DNA of 18,500 bases from a virus (IMGVR_UViG_2534682324_000033); one strand, 5' to 3'. Numbered from the stretch's first letter, positions 1 to 8,714 are shown. Translations and numbers: made by a program. The notes: generated from the sequence alone by a model not told the origin.

Positions 1-553
1 ATGGCCATTGGGATGGGGACTGTTTTCTTTATCTCGACAAAGATGCTACATGCCAATAGTTCAAGTAGTGTTATTGTATCTGTGGTTCTGATGGCAATAG
101 TTGGTATTGTTTCCATTGGTATTTTTAATGGTACTTTATATAGCCTGGTAATGAGTTTTCTCTGGAGCAATACCAGTTTCGGTATACATCGTTTCAAGGT
201 GAAATTAGATACTGCGTATTGTATAAAATATGCCATCCTCGCATTTTTAGCTTTATTACCTTTTCTCGCTGTTGCTGGTTATATTATCTTCGATCAAATA
301 TTAAATGCGTATGATAGTTCTGTGTATGCAAATGATGATATTGAGAATTTACAGCAATTTATGGAAATGCAACGTAAAATGATAATCGCGCAGTTAATCT
401 ATTATTTTGGGATTGCTGTTAGCACCAGTTATTTAACGGTGTCGTTGCGAAATCATTTTATGAGCAACCTGTCACTGAATGATGGGCGTATTCGTTTTCG
501 CTCAACTTTAACATACCACGGTATGCTTTATCGCATGTGTGCGTTGGTGGTGA
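1..553 (+). CDS. hypothetical polytopic membrane protein, partial (open to window start; 3' end replaced by IS3-family remnant)
   Basis: Frame-1 ORF open from base 1; translation dominated by hydrophobic segments (VIVSVVLMAIVGIVSIGIF, ILAFLALLPFLAVAGYIIF); AT-rich composition unlike the prophage genes; frame runs into IS-derived sequence near 554-600. Confidence 0.35.
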
Positions 554-1030
<477 letters not shown>

Positions 1031-1111
1031 GTTCACAGATAAAACACTCTCCAGGAAACCCGGGGCGGTTCAGTACTTCTCCGACGAAAGTCAGTACTGG
1101 CTGTTTTTTTA

Positions 1112-2962
1112 TTATGCTGCCGGTGCATTTATCTCCAGCATCAGACTTTCTATCTCAACGCCATACGCTGCATTTTTTGTAACATCCGTCAGCGTCAGCG
1201 CATTCAGTCCCAGTGTCAGACTGTCTTTTATAACCTGGAATGCCGGGCCAGCCACTCCATTCAGTTTCGGAGTAACCATGGCACTGCCGGCGGTGAACAC
1301 CAGCTCCAGCGTCTGCCAGTCGTTACCGTAATCGCCGAACTCCCCCAGCTTCGTGTTTCCGGCTTTCCTGTGATGCATCAGATTCACCCTGCCGTCAGTG
1401 GTCTGAGTGAAGTACGACATCAGGAACGGATTACCGGTACCCGTCATCGCCACACCATCAGGAACGGGAGCATCCGTATACAGATAAATCCCCAGCCCGA
1501 ACTGATTGTTGGTCAGTGCGCCTGACAGGCGGAACTTACAGGTCAGTCTGCCGCCCTGTGTCAGCAGGGTAATTGCGTCATCCACCGGATGCGTCAGGGA
1601 CCAGGTTTTATTGCTCTGCCTGGTGATCTTAAATACACCATCTGACAACTGAATTCCGCCATCCTTAATGCTCCAGCCCTGCGCAGCAGCCTCTCCGGCT
1701 GCCGGCAGCAGGGAGATTGTGCGAACGGACGTATCTGCAGACGGACCCGATGGCGTGTTGCCGCCGGGCGAGGGTTTGATTTCCGGTGCCTTACCACTGA
1801 TGAAGGCTGAGGTGCGCCCGGCTGCGTTCAGAATAGCGGTTGCCAGACGATCCGGAATAATGCTCCTGCGCGCCCATGAACTGAAATGTGTCGGGCGGTT
1901 TGATGATACCTGGTTTCCATTCGTTCTCGATGCCGCACCGTAATATCCTGATGCCGGAATATCCGGATCTTCTGCCGGCGCGTTAGTGGCGGTATTGACG
2001 CCGTTACCGTCTGTCATGAAGGGCACAAAATAAACGCCCTCACTCTCCCTGTTTTTATACCCGCCGTACACGGTGTCGTACTGGGTAGCGTATGTATTTT
2101 TCCAGTAATACGTCGTGTCACCACAAATCCACGGCACATCTGCAGCGCTGCCACCATGGCACTGCGCGTTAAACACGGAGAGGTCAGCACGAAACTGTGT
2201 CAGCATGGCTGTAAACAGCGCAGGTTGCTGTGCGTGGGTGGCGGCGCTCATGTCAAACTCACCCTGCATCCAGCAGACGGCCAGCAGAACGTTTTTGGGA
2301 TTTTTCTGCAATGCCGCTTTTGTGCGGGAAATCAGATCCTGATATAACGGCTTGCCCACCCCCCAGCGTGCCGAATCCTGACTGGCCCCCGTGGACTCGC
2401 TGAATGTCCCCTCCGCGCCCTGGGTAAATGCCGAACCACCACGACAGCATGGTACCAGCAGGATCCCCGCGTTATTCGGGATATACGGGAGCAGTTTTTT
2501 GGCAATATGTAAACCCTGGCCGACACAGCCGTACTGCCCTTTGCTCAGGTCAGCCCTCGGATGATTCAGCGTACTCATATCCTGCACATCATGCAGACAG
2601 TGGTCAGCCGGAATAATATCGTTATATCTGCAGGCAGCCCCGCCCGGCGTCACTGTACTGCGGCGCGCCAGCTGTTTAATGCGCGGATCCGGAGCATCGT
2701 ATGAATCCGGCAGCGGAAGCCCTTCACCGTAAGCCATGGCATTGGACTGCCCGGCCAGTACGATGACGTAGTACCAATCCGGCTCAGATGAAGGGCCGAC
2801 CTGTGGCTCTCCTTCAATAGCCACCGCCTGCATCAGTGTGTACGGCGTAATGGCAACCGGTCCGCCGTATGGCTGCCAGCCCTCTTTCAGTTTGTGTGTC
2901 AGCTTTTCCGCAAGGTCTGACGGCGACGCCGCCCTGACAACATCATAATGTTTAATCGACAT
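1112..2962 (-). CDS. nanS: phage-type sialate O-acetylesterase NanS-p (SGNH/DUF303 esterase with C-terminal extension), 616 aa
   Basis: 616-aa ORF; N-terminus MSIKHYDVVRAASPSDLAEKL... followed by the esterase core motif AGQSNAMAYGEG; sits downstream of the phage tRNA genes as nanS-p does in lambdoid/Stx-type prophages. Confidence 0.8.
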   Translation of the reverse strand: MSIKHYDVVRAASPSDLAEKLTHKLKEGWQPYGGPVAITPYTLMQAVAIEGEPQVGPSSEPDWYYVIVLAGQSNAMAYGEGLPLPDSYDAPDPRIKQLARRSTVTPGGAACRYNDIIPADHCLHDVQDMSTLNHPRADLSKGQYGCVGQGLHIAKKLLPYIPNNAGILLVPCCRGGSAFTQGAEGTFSESTGASQDSARWGVGKPLYQDLISRTKAALQKNPKNVLLAVCWMQGEFDMSAATHAQQPALFTAMLTQFRADLSVFNAQCHGGSAADVPWICGDTTYYWKNTYATQYDTVYGGYKNRESEGVYFVPFMTDGNGVNTATNAPAEDPDIPASGYYGAASRTNGNQVSSNRPTHFSSWARRSIIPDRLATAILNAAGRTSAFISGKAPEIKPSPGGNTPSGPSADTSVRTISLLPAAGEAAAQGWSIKDGGIQLSDGVFKITRQSNKTWSLTHPVDDAITLLTQGGRLTCKFRLSGALTNNQFGLGIYLYTDAPVPDGVAMTGTGNPFLMSYFTQTTDGRVNLMHHRKAGNTKLGEFGDYGNDWQTLELVFTAGSAMVTPKLNGVAGPAFQVIKDSLTLGLNALTLTDVTKNAAYGVEIESLMLEINAPAA

Positions 2963-3275
2963 CGAATTTCTCCCGTGTAGAGGAACAGAGTTAAAAAGCC
3001 GGAAGCGGAATCAAATCACAGGATGACCATCTGCCAGTGGCTGGTCGTAAAAAAAGGCCGCGCCATGCGCAGCCGAAAATAAAGGGATAACGATGATAGT
3101 TTGAGAAAAACAGAAATAACACTTTTGTGGCAAAGCATGGTGCCGGGTGCCTCCCGGTGAATTCAGTATCAGCACCTGAATCCGCGATTACCCCATATTC
3201 CTTCTTGCTGATTGCCCCACCGCACAGGGGGATTCACCATGCAGAAGTGTTTTTAATAAACAGCAAACAAAAAAA

Positions 3276-3443
3276 TCAAGCATTATGCAGGCTGTTTCTT
3301 TTTATCACCGGCCACAGCAATACCATAATGCCGCAGACCAGCACCCCATCCGCCAGCACCGACATGATTCTGCTGGTGAAATCCACCATCACCACCAGAA
3401 ACAGCAGGAGTGCAGCCACAGTCAGGCGCAGTTTTACCGTCAC
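3276..3443 (-). CDS. small hydrophobic protein (55 aa), GTG start overlapping the TerB-like stop codon
   Basis: Hand translation MTVKLRLTVAALLLFLVVMVDFTSRIMSVLADGVLVCGIMVLLWPVIKRNSLHNA; GTG at 3443-3441 overlaps the upstream TGA (3442-3440), suggesting translational coupling; below the ORF-track length cutoff. Confidence 0.3.
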   Translation of the reverse strand: MTVKLRLTVAALLLFLVVMVDFTSRIMSVLADGVLVCGIMVLLWPVIKRNSLHNA

Positions 3444-3872
3444 AGGTAATTCTCCAGACGAAGACCCAGAACACCGGCAATCTCTTCCAGCACCTTGCGC
3501 TCTTCCGGCTCAATTTCGCCGTCTGCCTCCGCAATGGCCACCGCCACATCCAGCACATCTTCCGCTTCACGCGTATCGTGTTTCACATCCTCGATCTCAC
3601 GTAACGCCGCACGACGACCAGTTTTAAAGTTCGTATCCAGCTGACCGATAATGGTTGCGCTAATCGCATTAATTTCTGACGTAAACGCGTACAGCGCAGG
3701 CTGATTACGCAGTACCTGTTCGATCTTCGCTTTCTCGGATGCCTCACATTCACCATCTGCACAGGCCACCAGGTATGCGGCGTTAATCACCACCTGTGCC
3801 AGATCGCGTTTTTCAAACTTTTTAATTTCCGTTGCCGCTCTGCGGGCTTTTTTTACCAAAAATACCAAACAT
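3440..3872 (-). CDS. TerB-like (tellurite-resistance TerB domain) protein; N-terminus out of frame at an A7 run
   Basis: ORF body ...AAYLVACADGECEASEKAKIEQVLRNQ...AEADGEIEPEERKVLEEIAGVLG is TerB-like; ATG at 3872-3870 with AAGGA Shine-Dalgarno encodes MFGIFGKK, then T7 on plus strand (3848-3854) shifts the frame; six A would give one clean ~146-aa ORF. Confidence 0.6.
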
Positions 3873-4041
3873 CGTGACGTTCCTTTGGGTGGGTGAGCCA
3901 ACGCCCGGGAGCGATCTGCCCACAGAGAAAGTCACACTGACCACTCCATAAGCTCCCCCCGAAAGGCTCTGTGGTTGGTATGCGCCGGGCGTGGTGCGGA
4001 TACAAAAAAGGTCCGCAAAAGCGAGCGAGGGAAAATAAGTG

Positions 4042-4118
4042 TGGTGCGTTGTACTGGGTTCGAACCAGTGACCGATTGCTTAGAAGGCAATTGCTCTGTC
4101 CGGCTGAGCTAAAAACGC
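4042..4118 (-). tRNA. argO: tRNA-Arg (anticodon UCU)
   Basis: Hand-folded cloverleaf: acceptor GCGTTTT/ACAACGC (one mismatch), D-stem GCTC/GAGC, anticodon stem ATTGC/GCAAT with loop CTTCTAA, T-arm ACTGG-TTCGAAC-CCAGT, 3' CCA encoded. Confidence 0.8.
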
Positions 4119-4131
4119 AGAATACCGATAA

Positions 4132-4208
4132 TGGACCGCCATCGGAGACTCGAACCCCGCGAAACCAGCTTCGAAGGCTGGCGTTCTATCCCGATGAGCT
4201 AATGGCGG
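4132..4208 (-). tRNA. argN: tRNA-Arg (anticodon UCG)
   Basis: Hand-folded: acceptor CCGCCAT/ATGGCGG, anticodon stem CCAGC/GCTGG with loop CTTCGAA, T-arm CGGGG-TTCGAGT-CTCCG, CCA encoded; D-arm slightly irregular. Confidence 0.7.
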
Positions 4209-4215
4209 TATGTGA

Positions 4216-4291
4216 TGGTGGCCCTTGCTGGATTTGAACCAGCGGCCTGGCGATTATGAGTCGCTCGCTCTCACCACTGAGCTAAAGGGCC
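4216..4291 (-). tRNA. ileZ: tRNA with CAU anticodon (Ile2 lysidine-type or Met; ileZ-like)
   Basis: Hand-folded: acceptor GGCCCTT/AAGGGCC, D-stem GCTC/GAGC, anticodon loop CTCATAA, T-arm GCTGG-TTCAAAT-CCAGC, CCA encoded; first of three tRNAs downstream of the Q-like gene, the ileZ-argN-argO order of Stx-type phages. Confidence 0.75.
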
Positions 4292-4410
4292 GGGCGCAGG
4301 ATAATAACGTTACGAAATCAATGTTGCAAGCATTCAAGAATCACCTGGTTAAAAATTACCCTTGCTTCCTCCACCAGCGCATTCACCATGTCTATCCGAG
4401 ATAAGTGGCA

Positions 4411-4449
4411 CAAAAAAACCCGCTTGTGGGCGGGTTTTGTTTGCTTTTG
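4411..4449. terminator. bidirectional intrinsic terminator hairpin (candidate tR' for the minus strand)
   Basis: A7 run, stem AACCCGC (4417-4423) / GCGGGTT (4430-4436) with 6-nt loop, then TTTTGTTTGCTTTTG; gives a hairpin plus U-tract on either strand. Confidence 0.55.
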
Positions 4450-4489
4450 CCATCACGTACAAAATCGGCAAAATATCAGATTTGCATGA

Positions 4490-4518
4490 AATATATGCCT
4501 TTCAATCTACTTTTGCAA
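4490..4518 (-). promoter_or_regulatory. candidate late promoter (pR'-like) at the 3' end of the Q-like gene
   Basis: On the minus strand, -35 TTGCAA (4518-4513), 17-nt spacer, -10 TATATT (4495-4490); lies between the Q-like gene and the hairpin/tRNA cluster. Confidence 0.3.
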
Positions 4519-5191
4519 CACTTTGCTTTGAAAATGCCGCCTTTTGTTTTGAACGCGTTCTCATTACAAACAATAAAGCCTCACTATCCAGTCGGTGAAA
4601 AATGTGTTTCATTGCAACCCAGTGACGAGTAAATGTTTTGGACCAGTTTTTAGTTGTCACTCCCACCAGTAATGCCAGCTCCTTGTATTCATAACCTTCC
4701 CCACCAAAAAGTTCTGCTTTTACTGCCTGCGCCGCCAGCCAGATTAATTTTTTCAGGCGTTCCTGCGTTTTCCCTGCAATTTTTCTGGTACCGGATTGAG
4801 TATTAAATTCATTCCACGCCCACTGTGTTATCGCGATCTGATATTCCCAACAAATACTCCCGCTGTAACACCACAACAACCAGGCTTTATGATGTTCTTC
4901 AAGAGACAGAACAGCCCGCCGCCACGATGATGTCGAAAACTCAACCGGACTGACCAGAGGAATTGACGTCACCTTCGCCAGCGATTGCTTTCCCGGGATT
5001 GGTGGATTATCCCGCGTTATCATTTTTCCAGTCACTTCATCGCGGTACCGGATTTTTTTTCGCCTGTAACGCCCTGTATCGAACATGGCATTCTCCTGCC
5101 AGGCTTCAAGCTGACCTTTTGTTGCCCCACTCAAATCAGCGGTGGCGATAATGAGCTGCTCACGCACAAACTGTAAATAGTGGTTATTCAT
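4502..5191 (-). CDS. putative late-gene antiterminator (Q-like), 229 aa
   Basis: ATG at 5191-5189 overlaps the rusA stop (ATGA); position between rusA and the promoter/terminator/tRNA cluster matches Q of lambdoid phages (quuQ in K-12 Qin); no motif-level confirmation. Confidence 0.5.
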   Translation of the reverse strand: MNNHYLQFVREQLIIATADLSGATKGQLEAWQENAMFDTGRYRRKKIRYRDEVTGKMITRDNPPIPGKQSLAKVTSIPLVSPVEFSTSSWRRAVLSLEEHHKAWLLWCYSGSICWEYQIAITQWAWNEFNTQSGTRKIAGKTQERLKKLIWLAAQAVKAELFGGEGYEYKELALLVGVTTKNWSKTFTRHWVAMKHIFHRLDSEALLFVMRTRSKQKAAFSKQSVAKVD

Positions 5192-5547
5192 GCGCACTCC
5201 AGTTCTGTGATTTTTATCCCCAGCCGCTCACCAGGAACGAGCTGACCGCGCACAATATTGATTTCATCAAACTGCTCGTCGTCTATGAGAAGTCCGGCAT
5301 GCGTCAGCACATCCAGTGGTGCTTTCAGGATATTGTCCAGGTCACGACGGCGCTTATCCGGTGGCTCTGCAATAATCTTTATCACCAGCCTTCCGGACAG
5401 GTTTAATTTCAGCCGCTGCTGGCGAACAATAAGTGCCACATCCCGGCGATAACGCTCACCGGCTTTTGATACAAAATATGTGCTGCCACGACGTCGCCAG
5501 TAGGTGTTCACCGTCGGCGGGTAAGGCAAAACAAACTCTATACGCAT
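5188..5547 (-). CDS. rusA: Holliday-junction resolvase RusA
   Basis: 119-aa ORF with the RusA signature ...VLPYPPTVNTYWRRRG...PDKRRRDLDNILKAPLDVLTHAGLLIDDEQ... Confidence 0.9.
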   Translation of the reverse strand: MRIEFVLPYPPTVNTYWRRRGSTYFVSKAGERYRRDVALIVRQQRLKLNLSGRLVIKIIAEPPDKRRRDLDNILKAPLDVLTHAGLLIDDEQFDEINIVRGQLVPGERLGIKITELECA

Positions 5548-5559
5548 CAGTAACCTCTT

Positions 5560-6609
5560 TTACCCGAGCACGCCGGTTGCAAAGGCGTGATCAAGAAAAC
5601 GAAAAATTAAATCAACCTGGGAACCATGCTTTTCTTCGAACGCCAGCGGATCCGCATGAAGCTCGTTGTGATGCTCCCGACACAGCGGTAGCGTGAAAAT
5701 ATCGTGGGATTTTGTTCCCATTCCGCCCTGACCATGACCAATCAGATGATGAGGATCGTCCGCTGGCTTACCACAACACGCACACGGCTGTGTCTTTACC
5801 CAGCGTGTGTATTTCTCATTTACCCAGCGGCGACGTTTAGGTCGTTTCATGAAGGATTCCGGAGACTCCGGATCAACGGCAATGCTGACCACCGTCTTTT
5901 CCTGTGGTGGGTTCTGTTGCTGGTGGGTGTGAGGCGGTAGCGCAATATTTTTTGTGCGCTGCTTCAGTATGCTGGTGGCGGTCTGTTCTCCCGGTATGAT
6001 GTCGCTTTCACGGTATACGGAGCGGATTTTTTCCGCACGCAACCCCAGCGAACGACGTAATACCGCTTCCGGTAGCGCGTCCGCCACCTGATTGCGGACC
6101 GCCCACCAGGATAATTCAGCCAGAGATAATTCACGCTCCTGTGCGCCATTCATTGCGTGACGGATGATGTCAATCATCCAGGCGGCCAGATTCTGTTGAG
6201 CAAGTTGATCCAGTGAATCAGATGTCTGCTCCCGCAGCTGGTTGTCGCAGTGCCAGCACAACACCATCGCGCCGGTACCGTAACGGTGAATGACGGTTTC
6301 GCTGTGATGATAATCACCGTGTAGCCACTGGCAGGATTTCACGTGACGTAATAACCAGTCAGACAGTGCACCAGCGCCACCCGCAGCACGGATCACCCGC
6401 TCATCGCTGAAAAATGGCAGTAGTGATTTATCTTCCGCCAGCGGCTGGTGAACGGCAGGTACAACCCCGGACGGCAGAGCTCGCATGCTTTTTGGTTCCG
6501 GCTCCACCAGTATTCTGCCGTTATGGAATGCTGACATTGATTCACGGCCTGGCTTAACGATAACCAGACCGAGTTCCGGTACCAGAACAGGTCGAAGTAA
6601 TACCCGCAC
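5560..6609 (-). CDS. ydfU: DUF968-family prophage protein (YdfU-like) with C-terminal Cys/His HNH-like motif
   Basis: 349-aa ORF; C-terminus ...CACCGKPADDPHHLIGHGQGGMGTKSHDIFTLPLCREHHNELH...; position between rusA and hok matches ydfU of K-12 Qin; true start uncertain (tool start is GTG; ATG candidates at 6537 and 6486). Confidence 0.7.
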   Translation of the reverse strand: MRVLLRPVLVPELGLVIVKPGRESMSAFHNGRILVEPEPKSMRALPSGVVPAVHQPLAEDKSLLPFFSDERVIRAAGGAGALSDWLLRHVKSCQWLHGDYHHSETVIHRYGTGAMVLCWHCDNQLREQTSDSLDQLAQQNLAAWMIDIIRHAMNGAQERELSLAELSWWAVRNQVADALPEAVLRRSLGLRAEKIRSVYRESDIIPGEQTATSILKQRTKNIALPPHTHQQQNPPQEKTVVSIAVDPESPESFMKRPKRRRWVNEKYTRWVKTQPCACCGKPADDPHHLIGHGQGGMGTKSHDIFTLPLCREHHNELHADPLAFEEKHGSQVDLIFRFLDHAFATGVLG

Positions 6610-6610
6610 A

Positions 6611-6889
6611 TTACCTCCAGATCCGTTGCTGGAATGTGCGGGACGGACGCGGTGGCCGTTCGGAGTAAGGGAGCCTGACGGAGATTATCCAGTGACGGTA
6701 GTCGAGGCTAAGGGCTTTTTTAACCTCGCATCCGCGCCTGCGGTAACACTGAATGAGCCATTCGGCCTGTTCTTCAGTGCATGGGGGATGCTGGTACCAG
6801 TCAGATTTGAATGCGTAAAAACACCGTCCGCGCCTGCTGGCAAAGACGGCAGAATCATCAGAATTGTATAATTTGGTATCGTGCGCCAT
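6611..6889 (-). CDS. hypothetical prophage protein, 92 aa (occupies the rem position of Qin)
   Basis: ORF in the track; start taken at internal ATG 6889 because the upstream part overlaps a terminator hairpin; stop is 1 nt from the ydfU-like start. Confidence 0.4.
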   Translation of the reverse strand: MAHDTKLYNSDDSAVFASRRGRCFYAFKSDWYQHPPCTEEQAEWLIQCYRRRGCEVKKALSLDYRHWIISVRLPYSERPPRPSRTFQQRIWR

Positions 6890-6959
6890 CGGTTGTCTCT
6901 GCTGGCGCAGCAGGTGCCAGTTGTTCAGGCTGGCGTGCGAATTGTAAACCAGAATGCCA

Positions 6960-6988
6960 GGAAAAAACAAAACCCGCCGAAGCGGGTT
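6960..6988 (-). terminator. intrinsic terminator downstream of hok
   Basis: Stem AACCCGC (6971-6977) / GCGGGTT (6982-6988), loop CGAA; on the minus strand it is followed by a T-rich run (plus-strand A-run 6962-6970). Confidence 0.5.
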
Positions 6989-7056
6989 AAGTGCGGGTGC
7001 GTTGAGGATGCCTGATTCATCAGAGGTGGCGAGGGATTTCTCCCTCGCCGGGTCTC

Positions 7057-7212
7057 TTACTCCTCAGGTTCGTAAGCTGTGAAGACAGCGACCTCCGTCT
7101 GGCCGGTTCGGATTCGTACCTCGCAGAGGTCTTTCCTCGTTACCAGTGCCGTCACTATGACGGTAATACAGATGACGATCAGGGCGATTAACATCGCCTT
7201 TTGCTGCTTCAT
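7057..7212 (-). CDS. hokD: Hok-family type I toxin (HokD/RelF-like), 51 aa
   Basis: Translation MKQQKAMLIALIVICITVIVTALVTRKDLCEVRIRTGQTEVAVFTAYEPEE; AAGGAG Shine-Dalgarno 9 nt upstream of ATG 7212. Confidence 0.9.
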   Translation of the reverse strand: MKQQKAMLIALIVICITVIVTALVTRKDLCEVRIRTGQTEVAVFTAYEPEE

Positions 7213-7427
7213 AGCCTGCTTCTCCTTGCCTTTCGGCGCGTAAGAGGCTAACCTACATGTGTCTAGCATGAAATTGGCCTCAGATTAATGTTAGGCGTCT
7301 TGCAGGACGCGTAATGTTAACTGGGGCTTTTCTCTGTCTGCCTTACGGTGGCATGCCCGAGGCAGACAGCCTCAAGCACCCGCAGCAATTCTACTTAACT
7401 CTCGCTTTACCGCAAACCGTTTTTACC

Positions 7428-7449
7428 CGATATGGGAATTCCCATATCG
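7428..7449. repeat. perfect 22-bp palindrome CGATATGGGAATTCCCATATCG
   Basis: Direct reading: the sequence equals its own reverse complement over 7428-7449. Confidence 0.85.
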
Positions 7450-7457
7450 TAATGAAT

Positions 7458-7562
7458 TCAGTTCCCTAGTCGATCCATCAAAAACACAACCAGGCAGTAA
7501 ACGCCCACAACAGCAATAACAGCCAGCGCACCTTCCATTGCCAGTGAAATATCATCCGACAT
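7458..7562 (-). CDS. small hydrophobic peptide, 34 aa, with strong Shine-Dalgarno
   Basis: Hand translation MSDDISLAMEGALAVIAVVGVYCLVVFLMDRLGN; AAAGGAGGG lies about 6 nt upstream of ATG 7562; below the ORF-track cutoff. Confidence 0.35.
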   Translation of the reverse strand: MSDDISLAMEGALAVIAVVGVYCLVVFLMDRLGN

Positions 7563-7677
7563 ATTCCCTCCTTTGGTGTGAATCCCGGCGAACGTTTTTA
7601 CCCCCACCGACAAATAACATATACTAAAAAATCAATAGCTATAGCAACGCCTGTAATTGCAAAGGCTTCAGGCCAGA

Positions 7678-8262
7678 TCATTGGCGCACCTCCTGCGGCG
7701 GTTCTGGTAGCGGCATCCAGTCGGTTACATTGCGGCTCTGTGTTTCGAAAAATTCATCACCATTACGGACTACATCAAAAAACTCACCGTCTCGATATTG
7801 CGCATAAAGAACGAATGCGCCATCACATAAAATAATTACGTGCTGACCATCATCCGGCATTCGCTCACTACAGCTTATCCAATCATCCAGAGTTACCGGA
7901 TAGTTGGTTGACGTTTCCGAGATTTCCCGAAAATTATTGGTTGACGAACCCTTTTTTTCCCGAAAGTTTCCAGCCTGAAGCATGGCGGCGCTGTCTGGCG
8001 GGGCAGCATATAGCGGCACGTATATTTCCGGTTCCTTATCAGCACCGGGTTGCTCTTCCAGTGAGAATGTCTTTCCGGTAAATCGATTCATATAAAGCAC
8101 GGGCTCTGCTTCCAGCGAAGCCTGAGCAACAAGGGCCAGTGCTAAATCCAACTCAATTGCCTCGAGAGAATTTTTGAATGCTGTCTGTTTTACTGCAAAT
8201 TTCATCGCCTTTACATTTTCACTAACATGACTGATTAACTGCTCTTTTGTAAAAGTGGTCAT
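7678..8262 (-). CDS. DUF551-domain prophage protein, about 194 aa
   Basis: C-terminal ...DDWISCSERMPDDGQHVIIL...VTDWMPLPEPPQ is the DUF551 pattern; start set at ATG 8262 with AGGAG 7 nt upstream. Confidence 0.65.
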   Translation of the reverse strand: MTTFTKEQLISHVSENVKAMKFAVKQTAFKNSLEAIELDLALALVAQASLEAEPVLYMNRFTGKTFSLEEQPGADKEPEIYVPLYAAPPDSAAMLQAGNFREKKGSSTNNFREISETSTNYPVTLDDWISCSERMPDDGQHVIILCDGAFVLYAQYRDGEFFDVVRNGDEFFETQSRNVTDWMPLPEPPQEVRQ

Positions 8263-8318
8263 CTCATTCTCCTTTGATGCGAATGCCAGCGACAATTGAA
8301 GCCTGATAGCTAATTCAC

Positions 8319-8714
8319 TCACAGTACCGCCTCCTGAAAATTGCCCTGATAGAACGCCAGTACACGCAGCATAACTTCACTCTTCCGGCACTCGCCACAG
8401 ATTATGTTCTGTTGTCTGTCGTAGCGGCGTATTTCTCCGTCTGGTAACTTTCGAATCAATGTCTGGTCGGTTGCTTTCTCCGCTGCCTTACGCCATACGC
8501 GATACACCTGTTCTGATGTAAAAACACCGTATTTACCGGGCATGTATAAATCGCCACAAGCCAGTACATCCACAAGGCAACGTCTGACTGAATGCCAGCC
8601 TGCTCCCGTCGCTCTCTCCAGTTGTGATATCGTCATGCGTTCATTTTTGCGTACCAGCCCGATAATTCGGGCCTTCAGTTCTTCACGCTGTTCGTGTGTA
8701 AAAGGTTTCGCCAT
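8319..8714 (-). CDS. hypothetical prophage protein, 131 aa
   Basis: ORF with GGAGG Shine-Dalgarno 6 nt upstream of ATG 8714; family not recognised. Confidence 0.55.
   Translation of the reverse strand: MAKPFTHEQREELKARIIGLVRKNERMTISQLERATGAGWHSVRRCLVDVLACGDLYMPGKYGVFTSEQVYRVWRKAAEKATDQTLIRKLPDGEIRRYDRQQNIICGECRKSEVMLRVLAFYQGNFQEAVL

Noticed and set aside
1594-2616. Several 60-90 aa ORFs on both strands inside the nanS-p gene
   Set aside because: Fully nested in or antisense to a long ORF with clear esterase motifs; no ribosome-binding sites; low-complexity translations
3127-3627. 166-aa plus-strand ORF and 95-aa minus-strand ORF (3283-3570)
   Set aside because: They overlap the TerB-like gene and the coupled small membrane ORF; translations are Pro/Ala/His-rich with no start context
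4362-4632. Two plus-strand ORFs of 75-78 aa
   Set aside because: They span the terminator hairpin and candidate promoter and run antisense into the Q-like gene
5964-6611. Alternative-frame minus-strand ORFs (61 and 72 aa) inside the ydfU-like gene
   Set aside because: Nested in other frames of a longer ORF that has a recognisable conserved C-terminal motif
7057-7269. In-frame 19-codon N-terminal extension of hok (mok-like)
   Set aside because: The Shine-Dalgarno sits directly before the internal ATG at 7212 and the 51-aa product is the canonical Hok length; the extension is probably leader RNA
7213-7680. relE/relB antitoxin pair upstream of hok, as in the K-12 relBEF operon
   Set aside because: No ORF of suitable size or character is present; only the 34-aa peptide ORF and structured non-coding DNA
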